Translations under genes and position numbers: made by a program | Notes under the pieces: model-generated | Told to the model about the DNA's origin: nothing | Seen by the model: only the letters and a program-made list of their open reading frames with translations | Database searches by the model: none | Source: a virus | IMG/VR virus record: IMGVR_UViG_3300029267_002792 | Length of the DNA stretch: 64,000 nucleotides | Strand: one strand, 5' to 3' | Shown here: in pieces, positions 46,609 through 58,108 of the stretch | How the letters are laid out: every line of letters starts with the position of its first letter | How positions within the stretch are numbered: the stretch's first letter is position 1

Positions 46609-48742
46609 CTACGCCGCGCCCAGCTCCTGCAGCTTCATATCCCACTTCACCGAGTTCACCAGGAAGACTTCCTCGATCGATCTCCCGAACGTGGGGTCCT
46701 GCTTCAGCACGTGAGCCGCGTTCCTGGACCTGCCGGCCGCATTGAAGGTGAAGGTATTGACTTCAGTCCCTCGCCTCCGAGTACCGACAAACATACCTGG
46801 CTGGATGGCCCTGAGAAGCATCAGAGACGTTCGCGTCCGAGAGGGGGAGAACCGCTCAACCAGCGCGGGCCAGTCCAGTGTCACGGCCTCGCCGTGCCTC
46901 TCCGGGACAAACTTCCCGTCCCGTATCCTGGCTGGCTGGAGAACAAACTCCGACATCAGATGTCTGCCCCGACCTTCCGAAGTGCCTCGACTGCCTGCGC
47001 GAGGTACAACCCCGCGTCGGTGTCGATAGCCTCCACGAGTGGGTAGAGGTTCTGCAGCGTGGCAAAGACCACACGGCGAACATCCGCTCGGGAGTTCATG
47101 GCCGTGTACGCCGGCAGGTCGCGACAGTACGCCAGGGCCGTTCGGGCAGCTCCCGAGAGGTTCCTGACGTCCGGCCGTGCCTGGTTCGAGGCCTCGTGCT
47201 TCCATCGGGAAAACGGCCCGGGAGCCATTACACGGGCTCGAACTTCTTCCAACAGGTGACCCATAGATCCTCCTAGGAGCTTACTCGCTGCAGGCAACGT
47301 CGATCAGACAGCGTTGACGAACAGCTCTTCCTGGTCGCGCCGGTTCGCCTGGGCAGCCACGGTCAGCGTGCAGATGCCCGCCTGTACCAGCTGATTCCAC
47401 TTCTCGGAGACGGGCATCCCGCGCGCCATCTGCGAGCGGCTGTAGCGCCAATCCCGCGGATGCATGGGGAGCTGCTTCGTTCCCGCAATCGCCAGCGTGC
47501 CGATGTGGCTGAAGGGGTAGGGAAGCGGATCAGTCCGATGAGTGGCCTCCTGCGGGTGGTTACCACCTGGAAGCGAAACCCCGTCCTCACCCACGGCGGG
47601 AACGTTGATGGCACGGCCAGCAGTGTTGGTCACGGTGACTAGCATATCGTTTGCCTCCTACCGGGGGATAACCCCGGTGTTCTTCGACAAAGCCTAGTGT
47701 AACTCCGATCGTCGAGTCAAGCTACTAGTCTCCGACAGCCATGACAGTGATCTCCGTATCCACACTCGTGGCGTTCGATGCGAAGAGGTCAGTGATGCCC
47801 GAAGTCGACATGAGCAAATGCCCCTCCGTTGCTCCGGGAAGAGGCTCGACGGTCGTCGGCTCATTACCGATGGCGTTCTTCTTCACCGTGATAGCCCCCA
47901 ATGTTTCAGTCGGATCGGCAGCGTTCGTCCGGATGAGCACAAACCGCGCGGCCGAGATTTCGGTCATCATAACCGACACGTCCGTAGCACCTGCAGCTAG
48001 GAGCGTCTTCCGGACCCCGCCTTCCCCTGCATCATCGTTCACGACCTCGTACGAGACATTTCCAAGATCCTTCTCCTCCGCGGATGTGGAAGAGACAGAC
48101 GCTTCGATCGAGTACCTGATTCTAACGCTCATAGCTGCTCCTACTCATCATCGCTGTCGTCGATCAGCCCAGCCTGAACCGCCAACTCCTTCAAAAGCCG
48201 GTCCTTCTGCTTCGCCGTCAGCGTCTCAAAGGTCACCTCGCGAAAACGCGCCGCTCGTTCAGACCTCCGGGACCGCTGTGCCCGGCGGCGCGTCGTAGAG
48301 TCAGACTGCCCTGGAAGGTCGCTCACTTTTTTCATCTGCCGTGCCATCAGTTGTCCTCCACCTTCTCCGCCACGATCTTCCAGACAGTGACCAAGACTTC
48401 ACTCAGGTCAGTCGCTCCCGCCGGAACGTTCATGTGGAACAGACGATTCAAAAGCCGGTAAGGACCCGATTCGCTGAATCGATAACGCCGATCCCCGCGC
48501 TCGACCGCCACCTCATCCACCAAGAGATCGAGCTTTCCCGACTCCCGATCCTGCACAACATATCCGAACACGGACACCGGATAGTCGTCATCGCTAACAA
48601 TAGTGCAGGCAGCCGACGGGACAGTACCTACCACCTCACCCAGTGTGACCTTCCCCCCGACCACCGAGATTTCCATCCCTTCCACGGATACCTCAAGATC
48701 CATAGAAAGCGTATCAGAGAGAGCCTCTGCGTACGTGATCAT
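46609..48742 (-). other. six small virion-region CDS (46609-46956, 46956-47264, 47304-47645, 47725-48132, 48141-48347, 48347-48742)
   Basis: Coupled ORFs; beta-rich structural-like compositions. Confidence 0.55.
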
Positions 48743-48750
48743 GATACCTC

Positions 48751-50853
48751 CTAGCTCTGTCGAGCTATCACAATGGCAGTCCCCGTACGAACATCGGTAC
48801 CCGGCCCGAAGTCTGTCTGAGCGTGCCCGCCTCCAGCATTGTGAGTGAGACCCCCGAAGTCGAAATCAGAGAAGTTCAAAGTTATCGGCCGGAAGGTTAT
48901 GGACGTTGACCCTACATTGATCATAGCAAGCGCATATGTAGTGGTACTCATAGCCCGATGAAACGTGAGTGTCGGGGTGTACTGATCGTAGGTAATGCCG
49001 CTAAACCCGTACGCCTCCAGAATCGTGGCCAGGCCATTTCCGATCGTAAAGTGCGCCCAGGCCTTCACCGTGTTGGCAGCACACAGCACGTTGTCGAAAC
49101 CTGGATCAACCCGATTCGAGCGATAGAAAGTCGACGCGTTCGTAAATCGGATCATGCCGTCTCGAAGGTACACACCCACATTCGGAGACGGTGACGAGAT
49201 ATCCGAGATAACCTTCAAAAAATCCGTGAAGCTGGGAAACGACGACCCTGCTGTGTGATCGAGCCCGCCGAGACTGCAACACTCCGATACCCCGTCCTGC
49301 AAGTTCCGGAGCAACAACCGAATCGCGTCCTCGTTAGTTTCGTCAAGTACAAACTCCCCTGCCGATTCATCCCAGCGAGCGTTGATGATCTCGCTGAGTG
49401 CTGCATAGGTCAGTCCCGCCTGGTGATAACGGCGGGCAACCTGGTCGTATGCATTCGAGTACGCTTGCAATACATTCGTTCGGAGGCACGTTGCCGGGTC
49501 CGCAACCTCAACCCCGAGACGCGCGTATTCCGCCTCGTCGGCTGTCCCTACCACTCCCTCCAGCCGAAGCGCCCCCTCCACCAGCCGAAGCGCAAACGGC
49601 TCATCGTCCAACCGCTTCCAACGGTACCGGTTCACCGGAGGCGTCGTCAGGTTGTCGAACTTGTGAAGCTGCAAGACGCCCTTCACAAAGCTCTCGAGGT
49701 CCTGCGTGATACCGAACTGCGTCAAGTTGGTCTCAGCCACCCCGAGCTGGCCAACAATTTTCCCACCGTTCGTCAACCCGTCCTGCAAGGAAGAGTAAGG
49801 AATCGTGGGAGGCCCATTCGCCACCCAGACACGAACGTCATCGAAAACCAGAGACCCCGTCGCCGGCGTAGTGGGGTCGTAAACGACAATCGAAGGAACC
49901 ATCCACGCCACGCCAGAGGGCACCTCGATGTATTCGTCGAACTGCTGCCACGCGAACGTCCCGGACAGTGTCTTGTCCTGCACAACCTGAAACGACAGTA
50001 AGCTCAGGTTCGGGCCGTAGAAGTTCAGCTGAACCCCCATCGTACCAGCAGGGTCCACACCCGCCCATGCGTTCCCGCGGAGCCAGTAGGAGACACGAAC
50101 CAACTGCCCGGGCTGGACCGCTACAATCCGATCTGGAGGAATCGAACTGAGGGCTGTCGTACCCGTGCCAGTCACCTGCAAGGCATAGCGCCCGGTGTGA
50201 GGGTTCGTAGCTGTGATGGCCCACGTATGGTTGGCGGGGATGTACTGAGTGTCCCAATGCGGAACGAATCCGCGGTCAGAAGCAGTAAACGTGGCCGCAT
50301 CAGCCGCGACCTCGAAACTGCCATTCTCGATGATCTGCTCCCAGGGCATAGCGTCCGACCCGACGTGATCCCAAGCGAGCGTGCGATAGTCGGGGGTCTG
50401 GGAGGTGAGCACACCTGTCGCCTCAGTCACGGTCCCGAGAACCACCAGCTCGTCTTTCTCCGCAGCTCCGGTGAACTCGTCCGTGGGGCTAAGCTCATAG
50501 GCCCGGATCTCCGCGAACGTGGTGATCGCCGTTCCGTACTCAGCGAAGATTGCCAGGACCCATGTCTTATCCGCCCCAAGAAGCGAGGAAAGGTCGACGG
50601 TGAAGTTCCCACCAGTGCGTCGGATACGAAGTGTGTAGCCATCCGCCGTTGTGTAGGCTGCCACGTGGTCGCTGTCCGCCGGATCAGCCTCCACCGTCAC
50701 GTTTGGCGAAGCGATGGACCCAAGGCGAAACCCGCGATGGATGCCCTCGGGAGTAATCCCCGTCAGCATCTGGTCCAGGGCGGCAGTCAGCAGCGGTTCC
50801 TTGTACCGTACCTTGACCTCAGTGTCGGCGAACTGTTGAAGGGTGGTGGGCAT
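48751..50853 (-). CDS. tail/baseplate fibre protein with CBM4_9-like domain
   Basis: IIENGSFE...HTGRYALQV...VQPGQLVRVSYW carbohydrate-binding module pattern. Confidence 0.65.
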   Translation of the reverse strand: MPTTLQQFADTEVKVRYKEPLLTAALDQMLTGITPEGIHRGFRLGSIASPNVTVEADPADSDHVAAYTTADGYTLRIRRTGGNFTVDLSSLLGADKTWVLAIFAEYGTAITTFAEIRAYELSPTDEFTGAAEKDELVVLGTVTEATGVLTSQTPDYRTLAWDHVGSDAMPWEQIIENGSFEVAADAATFTASDRGFVPHWDTQYIPANHTWAITATNPHTGRYALQVTGTGTTALSSIPPDRIVAVQPGQLVRVSYWLRGNAWAGVDPAGTMGVQLNFYGPNLSLLSFQVVQDKTLSGTFAWQQFDEYIEVPSGVAWMVPSIVVYDPTTPATGSLVFDDVRVWVANGPPTIPYSSLQDGLTNGGKIVGQLGVAETNLTQFGITQDLESFVKGVLQLHKFDNLTTPPVNRYRWKRLDDEPFALRLVEGALRLEGVVGTADEAEYARLGVEVADPATCLRTNVLQAYSNAYDQVARRYHQAGLTYAALSEIINARWDESAGEFVLDETNEDAIRLLLRNLQDGVSECCSLGGLDHTAGSSFPSFTDFLKVISDISSPSPNVGVYLRDGMIRFTNASTFYRSNRVDPGFDNVLCAANTVKAWAHFTIGNGLATILEAYGFSGITYDQYTPTLTFHRAMSTTTYALAMINVGSTSITFRPITLNFSDFDFGGLTHNAGGGHAQTDFGPGTDVRTGTAIVIARQS

Positions 50854-50854
50854 G

Positions 50855-51349
50855 TCAGCTCCTGTCCGCGTTGATCTTCACAGTGAAGGTCCGCTGAACA
50901 CCAGGGTTCTTCTCCACGACTGGGAAGGTACCATAGGCCACCATGCTCCCAGCCGAGTTGAAAAGCCCGATCTCGTACATCTCGGGGAAGTTTCCACTCC
51001 CGTCGTCGTTGAACTCCGCAAAGTCAAGAAAGCACGTCACTTCCATCGTGGTATTGCCGGTGAAGGCAAAATCCCCGGGAGCCAGCGCTTTCGTAAAGTT
51101 GCCCCTGGAGTCCGCCGGGTAATCCGACGGGTTGGCAATGCAATCGAGATCCGACAGAGTCGGACCGCGGTTGTTCGATGGCCCCGGGTCGGTCGGGTCG
51201 CGCGGGACCTGCCCCGCCGGCGTGCTCTCCCATCCACCCTCACCAACCTTGAAGTCTGTGATATAGGTGAGGGGAGTCGTCTGTCCCCACCCCTGCAAAA
51301 GGCGAAGCCGCCCGATGTCCGTTACCACTGCCTCAATGTCTGTCGGCAT
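50855..51349 (-). CDS. tail-collar fibre-like protein
   Basis: ITDFKVGEGG...EIGLFNSAGSMVAYGTFPVVEK. Confidence 0.7.
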   Translation of the reverse strand: MPTDIEAVVTDIGRLRLLQGWGQTTPLTYITDFKVGEGGWESTPAGQVPRDPTDPGPSNNRGPTLSDLDCIANPSDYPADSRGNFTKALAPGDFAFTGNTTMEVTCFLDFAEFNDDGSGNFPEMYEIGLFNSAGSMVAYGTFPVVEKNPGVQRTFTVKINADRS

Positions 51350-51357
51350 ACGCTACC

Positions 51358-54189
51358 TCACGGGGAGTCCACAGTCGCTGTCAGGCTCAAGCTGGCATTC
51401 AGCTGGAACCCGTAGTTTTCGATCAGCTCGACGTGCTTAGGCGTCCCCTGCTCCAAACGATCCCGGAGCCGCTCCAGCCCATTTTCCAGCAAATAAGGCG
51501 TGCTCGCCTCGACCAGAGCCTTGTTCGACCGGCAGTAGTCGCAGGTCATCAGCTCAGGGCAGATGTACTCCAACGACGCAGCCCCGACCACCGGAGGCTC
51601 CGTCGCGATCACCTGAAACTCATAGGAGAACATCGCCCACGCAAGACTCCCATTGTTCGCGTCCGGAACGGTTGGGGAGTCGTACGGAGCGAGGTCCACA
51701 TTCTGAGCGTCGATGAACGTCTCGATCGTGTAAGTGTGGTTGTTACCGGACAGGCTCTCGGTAACGACAAGTCGCTTCCCCTCGTCAGTCGCAACAAACG
51801 TAGCCGAGGGGGCTGAAAACCGTCGTGTCGCTGTCAGAGAACCATCCGACCCGCTCATATCAGGGTCTCGAACCTCCCACACCAGGCTACCATTGTTGGG
51901 GTCTGTGACCGTGTTGTGGGAGGGAGCCAAAATCAGAGTCATCCCGAAAGCCGGAACGGCGGCGATCACGTACGCCTGGTTCTGCGTAGGAATCGCAGCG
52001 TTTGACACAATCAGTACCCGCCCTGTATCGGCCGCCGAAAACCGCATCTCCGACACATTGAAGTTCCGAGGTGCGGAGAGCTGCCCATCCGTGCCCGTGT
52101 GAACGAGAGGAAACTCCGGTACCGTGTCGAGCAGGAACGTATCCGGGTCCGAGTCCGTAAGCCGCCAACGGCCCTCCCCCAGCCCTGTCACCACCTCGAA
52201 GTCGCCTCGTCCCCGAACTACGTACGGGGAGGGTACAGGCATCGGCGTGGCCGGCGACGCACTCGTGATGAAAATCACCCCGTCCCCGCTCGACCCTGGA
52301 CCTAGGAGGGTGGACCACGGAGACGGGTTCTGCTCCCAACAGTACTTGTCCACAGTAAACACAGCCGCGGTTTTCAGGTAGGTCATGAGGTCCATGTGGA
52401 CCTCATCGTAGTACGGCAGCAACGGGGCTTGGTCTGCGTAAAGCCGCACCACCCGCCACGTCAGTAATCCGTTGTTCGGGTCCGCTGTCCCGGTCATAGA
52501 GTCCACTGATCGGAACTCGACGGTGTAGGCGTCTATTACTTTGTTGATGGTGTAGAGCCCGTCGTTTGTACCCCCGGACGAATCCGAGATGTCGATTTGG
52601 CGCCCCACATCGCCGCCCCAAAAGGCAGCTGTTGGCGAAGAGAACCGAACGAGCAGCGCCACCAAATCCAAACTTCCGTCCGTACCGGACCGTCCTGCCG
52701 CACTCTCTCCAGGATCGTAGGTGGTGGCCCCAGCAGCCGCCACGGCAGCGTACAGTTCCTGGCTCACGCGGTAGAGTCCTACCACCTCCGCCGTGAACCC
52801 CGTCAGCTCCGCTAGGTACTTGTAGCAGTCCTCGTGCCCCTTCGTCGCGATCCACCGAGACACGGATTCCACCCAGCGTCGCTGCCACTCCTCTTCCTCG
52901 CGGTAGTCGACCTCGATCCCGAAATCCTGAGCCAGGTACTGCAGCAGGCTCGACGCTCGAACCTCAACCTGTGTCTCGTCTCCCACGTCGGTCGGGTCCC
53001 GAACCTGCCAGTGGAAATCCGTGCCGACTACCAGCGTACCGTCAACCTCGACCTGAACCTCCGACACCACATCCAGGATTTCGTAAGTCCCATTGTTTGC
53101 GCTCAGGGCCGGGTTCAGGGTGTGAAGTGTGAGAAGCTTACCCTCGTCGTCTGTCGTGAACGACGCCGTTACCGACTCGAACACCGAAGGAGGCCCGACA
53201 GATACGATGTCCCCGTTCTCCCCCTCCTGCTCAACCGCCCCCCGAAGAGTTGCCGACCCTTGAAGCACCAGCTCCGGATCGCGCAGGAGCGCCCACACGA
53301 GCACCCCCGTTGATTCAATCACCAAATTGGTAGAGTCGAGAATGCACTCGGTCGGGCTCAAAACGTCCACGATCTCGAACTTCCCATTGTTCGTGTCCGG
53401 GTTGATCGAAGACGCAATCGTGAGCCGGCGTCCGACGTCCTTGGAAGTCAGGGCCAGCGTGGGCGAAGTGAACCGCAGCGTAGCGCTGATCGATCCGTCG
53501 AGTCCCTCCCTGAGGGTCAGGAGCTTCCTCTCTTCCGACTCCGGCTTGAACTGTTTTCTCTCCAGCACCGTAAAATCGGCAAATCCGTCAGACAGAATCC
53601 ACCCCGGGGCGATGCCTGTGACGTCCCCTGCCAGCACCTGCACACGGGTCTCCACAATGGTGGAGGCGTCCGCCTGCCTCAGCTCCCACCGAAGTGGACC
53701 GCTATCTGTCGCCAATGACGGACTAGTCAGGACTTCCTTCGGACTGTTGATGCTGGTGACCATAATGGTCCGGTTGTTCGCCTCTATTGTCGAACCGGCC
53801 ACCGTGATCTCTTTCCCTACGTCCGCGAACGTGAACCGCCCCCGTCGAGTGACGAAAACACCACTCGCGGAAACAGAGGCCAGCGCGCCCTGCTGCTCTA
53901 CGGCCCCTTTGACAGCCTCGACTCGGCCTAATCGAAGGAGTGCTGTCTCATCGTAACGAGTTCGGGCCGCTCGTGGATCTCGGAGGTCGGCAAAGGCGGC
54001 GATCTTCTCGCGCAAGTTGTCAAACGACGCTCCCTGAGCCTCCGCATATCGACGGAACAGATCGTCGTTCTCCAAATCAGCCGTCCGGTAGATTTCCGGT
54101 GCCGCCTCGAAGAGCACGCGCCTTGACCAGTTGAATCGCCCAAACGCCGCACTACCAAAAGGCCCGGTCCCAAATCCAGGAATAGTCAC
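51358..54189 (-). CDS. baseplate wedge protein (P2 gpI-like segment) with six approximately 75-aa repeats
   Basis: LLQYLAQDFGIEVD...RWIATKG motif; repeated GxDGxL...DxG...NN...LxW modules. Confidence 0.7.
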   Translation of the reverse strand: MTIPGFGTGPFGSAAFGRFNWSRRVLFEAAPEIYRTADLENDDLFRRYAEAQGASFDNLREKIAAFADLRDPRAARTRYDETALLRLGRVEAVKGAVEQQGALASVSASGVFVTRRGRFTFADVGKEITVAGSTIEANNRTIMVTSINSPKEVLTSPSLATDSGPLRWELRQADASTIVETRVQVLAGDVTGIAPGWILSDGFADFTVLERKQFKPESEERKLLTLREGLDGSISATLRFTSPTLALTSKDVGRRLTIASSINPDTNNGKFEIVDVLSPTECILDSTNLVIESTGVLVWALLRDPELVLQGSATLRGAVEQEGENGDIVSVGPPSVFESVTASFTTDDEGKLLTLHTLNPALSANNGTYEILDVVSEVQVEVDGTLVVGTDFHWQVRDPTDVGDETQVEVRASSLLQYLAQDFGIEVDYREEEEWQRRWVESVSRWIATKGHEDCYKYLAELTGFTAEVVGLYRVSQELYAAVAAAGATTYDPGESAAGRSGTDGSLDLVALLVRFSSPTAAFWGGDVGRQIDISDSSGGTNDGLYTINKVIDAYTVEFRSVDSMTGTADPNNGLLTWRVVRLYADQAPLLPYYDEVHMDLMTYLKTAAVFTVDKYCWEQNPSPWSTLLGPGSSGDGVIFITSASPATPMPVPSPYVVRGRGDFEVVTGLGEGRWRLTDSDPDTFLLDTVPEFPLVHTGTDGQLSAPRNFNVSEMRFSAADTGRVLIVSNAAIPTQNQAYVIAAVPAFGMTLILAPSHNTVTDPNNGSLVWEVRDPDMSGSDGSLTATRRFSAPSATFVATDEGKRLVVTESLSGNNHTYTIETFIDAQNVDLAPYDSPTVPDANNGSLAWAMFSYEFQVIATEPPVVGAASLEYICPELMTCDYCRSNKALVEASTPYLLENGLERLRDRLEQGTPKHVELIENYGFQLNASLSLTATVDSP

Positions 54190-54220
54190 ACCCTCCGAGA
54201 TCGCAAGAGCATCTCAAATC

Positions 54221-56080
54221 CTACTTGTTATGGGCCACATCATTGAGCGCCCCAAGGTCCGTGTACGTAGCCCCCTGGAAATTGTTACCGCTCACGATGT
54301 TGTTGTCCGAGCTAGCATCCAATCGCACGGCCCCCATCACAGTTCCAAACGACCCTCCTCGGTTACCGCGGACGGTGTTCCAGTCTGCCGCGACGCACTC
54401 GATCGCCTCTTGTCCGGCCGTGGGAGCGTCGTTGTAGATGTAGTTGTCCACCACTCCGACAGCCGTGACGGTGTCTAGGACAACCCCACGTCCCGTCGCC
54501 AGCGCCCCTATGGTGGACAGGAAAAAACAATCAGCAATCTCACTTCCGACAGCGTCCGAGCCAGTGATCAAAAACCCCAGCTCGTGAAAGTCCTCGAAGG
54601 TGGAATCGATTACGCGTGTGGGCGTGTAACTCACACCGCCTCGGTCCGCGCCGTTAGACCGACATCGTTTGATGAGCGCTGCGATAATGGGGATAGGCCC
54701 ACCAAACGTGACCGAGAAGACAACCATCTCGTTCCCTGCCAGAAGGCCCAAATCGAGAAACTTAGGCACAGCGTTGGTCATCCCGGCTTCACAGTCCACG
54801 AACTGTGCGTCCTGACCCGCTGTCGTTGCCGATACACCTGCCTCAAAGCACGCTCGGAGCACGGTGAGTGTAGCCTCAGCAATCGTCCACAGGCCCGGGA
54901 AGTCTACAGATACACGTCGGCACTGAGCCCGAGCCGCAGCAAGCTCCACGACGGCAGTAGACCCTGAGCCTGCACCAACCGGAAGCGCTACGTTGATGCC
55001 TACGTCCTCCAGGACCGACCGCGCCCCTAGCGTAAAGGCCCCCTGGTCTCCCTGCGCCCTCGTCACGATCTTCGTGTGCGAACGCCCGGCCCCTCGAACC
55101 CGAACATCGGCTGGAATCGCTAGCGGAGCCGGCGGTGAACCGACCTGTCCCAAGTCATAAGTTCCAGGGCGTATGTACACATCAGCACCCGCCCCTGCAG
55201 CAGCCAGAGCAGTTGCCAGCTGCGCACCGTCGCCTGTGTCCAAGTAGTCGCACACGACGGAGGTGTCGCCGTTCGTCGCGTTACCTACAACGTAGAAAGC
55301 CGTCCTACGGTCCGTAGTAGTCCCTGGTGCCTGTGCGTCCCAACGCGAGTTCCCGCCGTCCCAGGCGAGGACATCCCCATTCGACGGGGAGATCAAATCG
55401 AAAACATCCAACCCTTGAATTTTGTCAACCGTCGGGCTCGGATACGTCCCCGACAGATCCCCACTGGCCGAACCGGAAGCTCCACCAGGGATCGACACCT
55501 GTATTTGGTCGGGAGCTGTAACCGTTGCCGTTACCCCAGACCCTACGAAGTCGAGGAGATTACAGTTCGTGGCGAGCGTGCTGCCCTCATCGTCGACCTG
55601 CAGTGGCGAACCACCCCCACCTCCCTGCTTGGAACCAAGGTTTGTAACCGATTCCCCCGTATCCAGAAGTAGGCCGTTCCTCCAGTACAAGCGCGTTCCA
55701 ACGCGAGCGGCGAGCGTAAGAGCCTCGTCTGTGTTCGGAACCTGACCAGCCGCGACGACTGCAACCGTCACTATCCGAGTCGGCGCTCGGGTCAGTACAG
55801 CGTACATGACCTGGCCATCCGCGATCGTAATCGACGCCGGATCTATCTGGACCTGGAATCCAGTTACGGGAGACACGATGCTGATCGCCCCCGTCCACTG
55901 GAGAAGGCCAGTTGACCCATTCCAAGTCACAACATTTCCGCCGGAGAGGATGAGATGCCGATCCTCGCGCGAAGCGAATCCGGAGGAGTCCATCGCCTCG
56001 ACGAAAGACCGGAAGGCCTCATACCACGACTGCTGATTCTCAGCCGGATAGGGCCAGCTCATGCGTAGGCTATTAGGCAC
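54221..56080 (-). CDS. tail fibre/spike with C-terminal beta-helix (pectin-lyase-like) domain
   Basis: GADVYIRPGTYDL, NTVRGN/NIVSGN repeats; N-terminus paralogous to 60389-61240. Confidence 0.7.
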   Translation of the reverse strand: MPNSLRMSWPYPAENQQSWYEAFRSFVEAMDSSGFASREDRHLILSGGNVVTWNGSTGLLQWTGAISIVSPVTGFQVQIDPASITIADGQVMYAVLTRAPTRIVTVAVVAAGQVPNTDEALTLAARVGTRLYWRNGLLLDTGESVTNLGSKQGGGGGSPLQVDDEGSTLATNCNLLDFVGSGVTATVTAPDQIQVSIPGGASGSASGDLSGTYPSPTVDKIQGLDVFDLISPSNGDVLAWDGGNSRWDAQAPGTTTDRRTAFYVVGNATNGDTSVVCDYLDTGDGAQLATALAAAGAGADVYIRPGTYDLGQVGSPPAPLAIPADVRVRGAGRSHTKIVTRAQGDQGAFTLGARSVLEDVGINVALPVGAGSGSTAVVELAAARAQCRRVSVDFPGLWTIAEATLTVLRACFEAGVSATTAGQDAQFVDCEAGMTNAVPKFLDLGLLAGNEMVVFSVTFGGPIPIIAALIKRCRSNGADRGGVSYTPTRVIDSTFEDFHELGFLITGSDAVGSEIADCFFLSTIGALATGRGVVLDTVTAVGVVDNYIYNDAPTAGQEAIECVAADWNTVRGNRGGSFGTVMGAVRLDASSDNNIVSGNNFQGATYTDLGALNDVAHNK

Positions 56081-56099
56081 CGTAAATCTCCCCGCTAAA

Positions 56100-56387
56100 T
56101 CAGACCCGTGTGAACTTGATCGTTTCTACACGATACCCTTCCGTGTCCACCCCGAATACCCCCGGTCCTGGGTACTCCTTCCCCGTGTCGTCGATCTCTT
56201 TTGTGTCCCAGGGCACCCATTCTCCTGCCACCGTGTCCCACACCTTATTCACCACGTACTGAGTCGAGTCACCAAGAGGATAAGGATACCACCACTCCAC
56301 GTCCAAGACCCCTACCACTCCGTCCCGGCTGAACTGCCCCCATACCATGAAATCGACCTCCAACCCCTCTATCTCGACTGCCATCAT
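56100..56387 (-). CDS. small structural hypothetical protein
   Basis: ORF track. Confidence 0.45.
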   Translation of the reverse strand: MMAVEIEGLEVDFMVWGQFSRDGVVGVLDVEWWYPYPLGDSTQYVVNKVWDTVAGEWVPWDTKEIDDTGKEYPGPGVFGVDTEGYRVETIKFTRV

Positions 56388-56392
56388 TCACC

Positions 56393-58072
56393 TCACAGCA
56401 CGTCTACTCCAGGCCATTCCCACACGTACCCGTCCTTGAAGTGCAGATATTGATCGGAGTCGAAGGTACTCAGGTCAGGGAGGGTGGACCGCCCCTGGTA
56501 AATGCCTATGTTCGACTCACGAATACTCGGAAATCCTTCGTCCCCGGTCGGGTCCCGCGCAATGATCAGTGGGCGTAGCTGCTCGTCCCCGGAAAACTGA
56601 TTCGCGCAGGCCAGAGAACGAACCCACGGGTTGACGGTACCTGCTCCTATTCCCTCCTGGGCAAGGTTGGTCCAGACGGCAAGATCATCAGGGGTAAAGC
56701 CGATACCTACGTAGGGGAAATACCGATCATCATCGGTCGTAAAATTGATCTCACCCGCTCTCGTTCGATCCTCCCACCTCATCTGCTGGAGGAACTCTTG
56801 AATGCCAGGATGATACGAGTCGTTCCCGGTATACCCGACCAAGAACGCGCCGTGGTACCCAGCACCCTGCTCGAAAACTACAGAAGCCACGTACGACCCG
56901 TCCGAGTCCGTTTTCAAAAAGGCTCGGCACGGCGACGTAACCCCATACCCAGTACCGATTGCAGGCCCGCGCCAGAACGCCGTGTCCGACCAAAAACCGC
57001 TCGTCGTGTAGTAGTAATCCCCCTGCATGCTGCGCTGGGTCGATGGACCTGACGGATAGAAATTCCCAGTTGAAAAGTCGAAGTCAGTATCTACCGGCGA
57101 ACTGGCATAGGAAACACCTTTGTCGGTACTGCCGTACGTCAGGTTGTAGCGGCATTTCAACCGCCAGCTTGAGGAATGAGGACTCTCAAGCATCCAACCG
57201 GCGCCGATGGCGGAGGACGAGCTGGTGTCATCAGGAGCATTGGCCGGATCGAGCATGCGCCACGCAAGAGAGCCCTGAGTCGTAAATGCCGCAGTGGTTG
57301 ATCGCATCTCCAAAGTGGCTACACCAGCCGCCACACTAGCAATCGTGTACCACCCGGTGTTGCCGACATTGGTAGGGTCATGAACGACGATTACCTTACC
57401 AACGTCTCCCGCGACGAATGTATAGCCGGTGCTGGAAAACTCATCCGGGTTTGTGAGCGTCCCATCAGTCCCTTCCTGATCGACATTGTGCTCAAACCAA
57501 CTTCGCCAGATCAGGATACCGTCGACGTAGACGACCTCGCCGCCAGTACCGAGATCATTTACGACCCGGATGTACCTGGTACCGGACGTGTGCGTAGTGA
57601 ACGCGAACTCGTACAGCGTCCACACCCCACTGTTATCAGGAATGGTGCCGACTGAGGAGAACGATCCACTGCCGTCGTCAACCTCGACGTCCCAGGCAAC
57701 GCCACTGTCGTTATACGCCCAGATGGCCACACGATAGTCCGTCGAGTCGTCCATGCTCGTGAGGGCGGCACTCCTGGCACCGTCACTCGTCGCCGGAGCT
57801 GTGATCTCGAGACTCTGAGTACCGGAATGAAACTCCGACGTGTCCTTCGCGAGAGAGCCAGTACCTACCGCAGTCCACGATCCCACACCAGCTGCCTCCA
57901 TATTCCCGTCGGGACACCTATTCGGGTCGGCCGCCGTTCCATCACACTCCCACAGCCAGGTCCAACCGATGAGCCGAAGCAAATGGAAAATATAGGAGTT
58001 GATCTTCCCCATACCACCTTGGCCAGCTGCTGTATTGAATGAGACCTCAAGATCTCGTCCCCAGATGTTCAT
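56393..58072 (-). CDS. tail protein with CBM-like domain and one baseplate-type repeat
   Basis: PDGNMEAAG...FHSGTQSLEI...VYVDGI. Confidence 0.65.
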   Translation of the reverse strand: MNIWGRDLEVSFNTAAGQGGMGKINSYIFHLLRLIGWTWLWECDGTAADPNRCPDGNMEAAGVGSWTAVGTGSLAKDTSEFHSGTQSLEITAPATSDGARSAALTSMDDSTDYRVAIWAYNDSGVAWDVEVDDGSGSFSSVGTIPDNSGVWTLYEFAFTTHTSGTRYIRVVNDLGTGGEVVYVDGILIWRSWFEHNVDQEGTDGTLTNPDEFSSTGYTFVAGDVGKVIVVHDPTNVGNTGWYTIASVAAGVATLEMRSTTAAFTTQGSLAWRMLDPANAPDDTSSSSAIGAGWMLESPHSSSWRLKCRYNLTYGSTDKGVSYASSPVDTDFDFSTGNFYPSGPSTQRSMQGDYYYTTSGFWSDTAFWRGPAIGTGYGVTSPCRAFLKTDSDGSYVASVVFEQGAGYHGAFLVGYTGNDSYHPGIQEFLQQMRWEDRTRAGEINFTTDDDRYFPYVGIGFTPDDLAVWTNLAQEGIGAGTVNPWVRSLACANQFSGDEQLRPLIIARDPTGDEGFPSIRESNIGIYQGRSTLPDLSTFDSDQYLHFKDGYVWEWPGVDVL

Positions 58073-58108
58073 TGTATTTCCTCACTAATCCTCGATCACC
58101 CTCCACGA

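Noticed and set aside
47659-47678. Hairpin ACCGGGG-GATAA-CCCCGGT resembling a I-E repeat fragment
   Set aside because: Single copy without a handle or spacer periodicity; more likely a 5' UTR stem.
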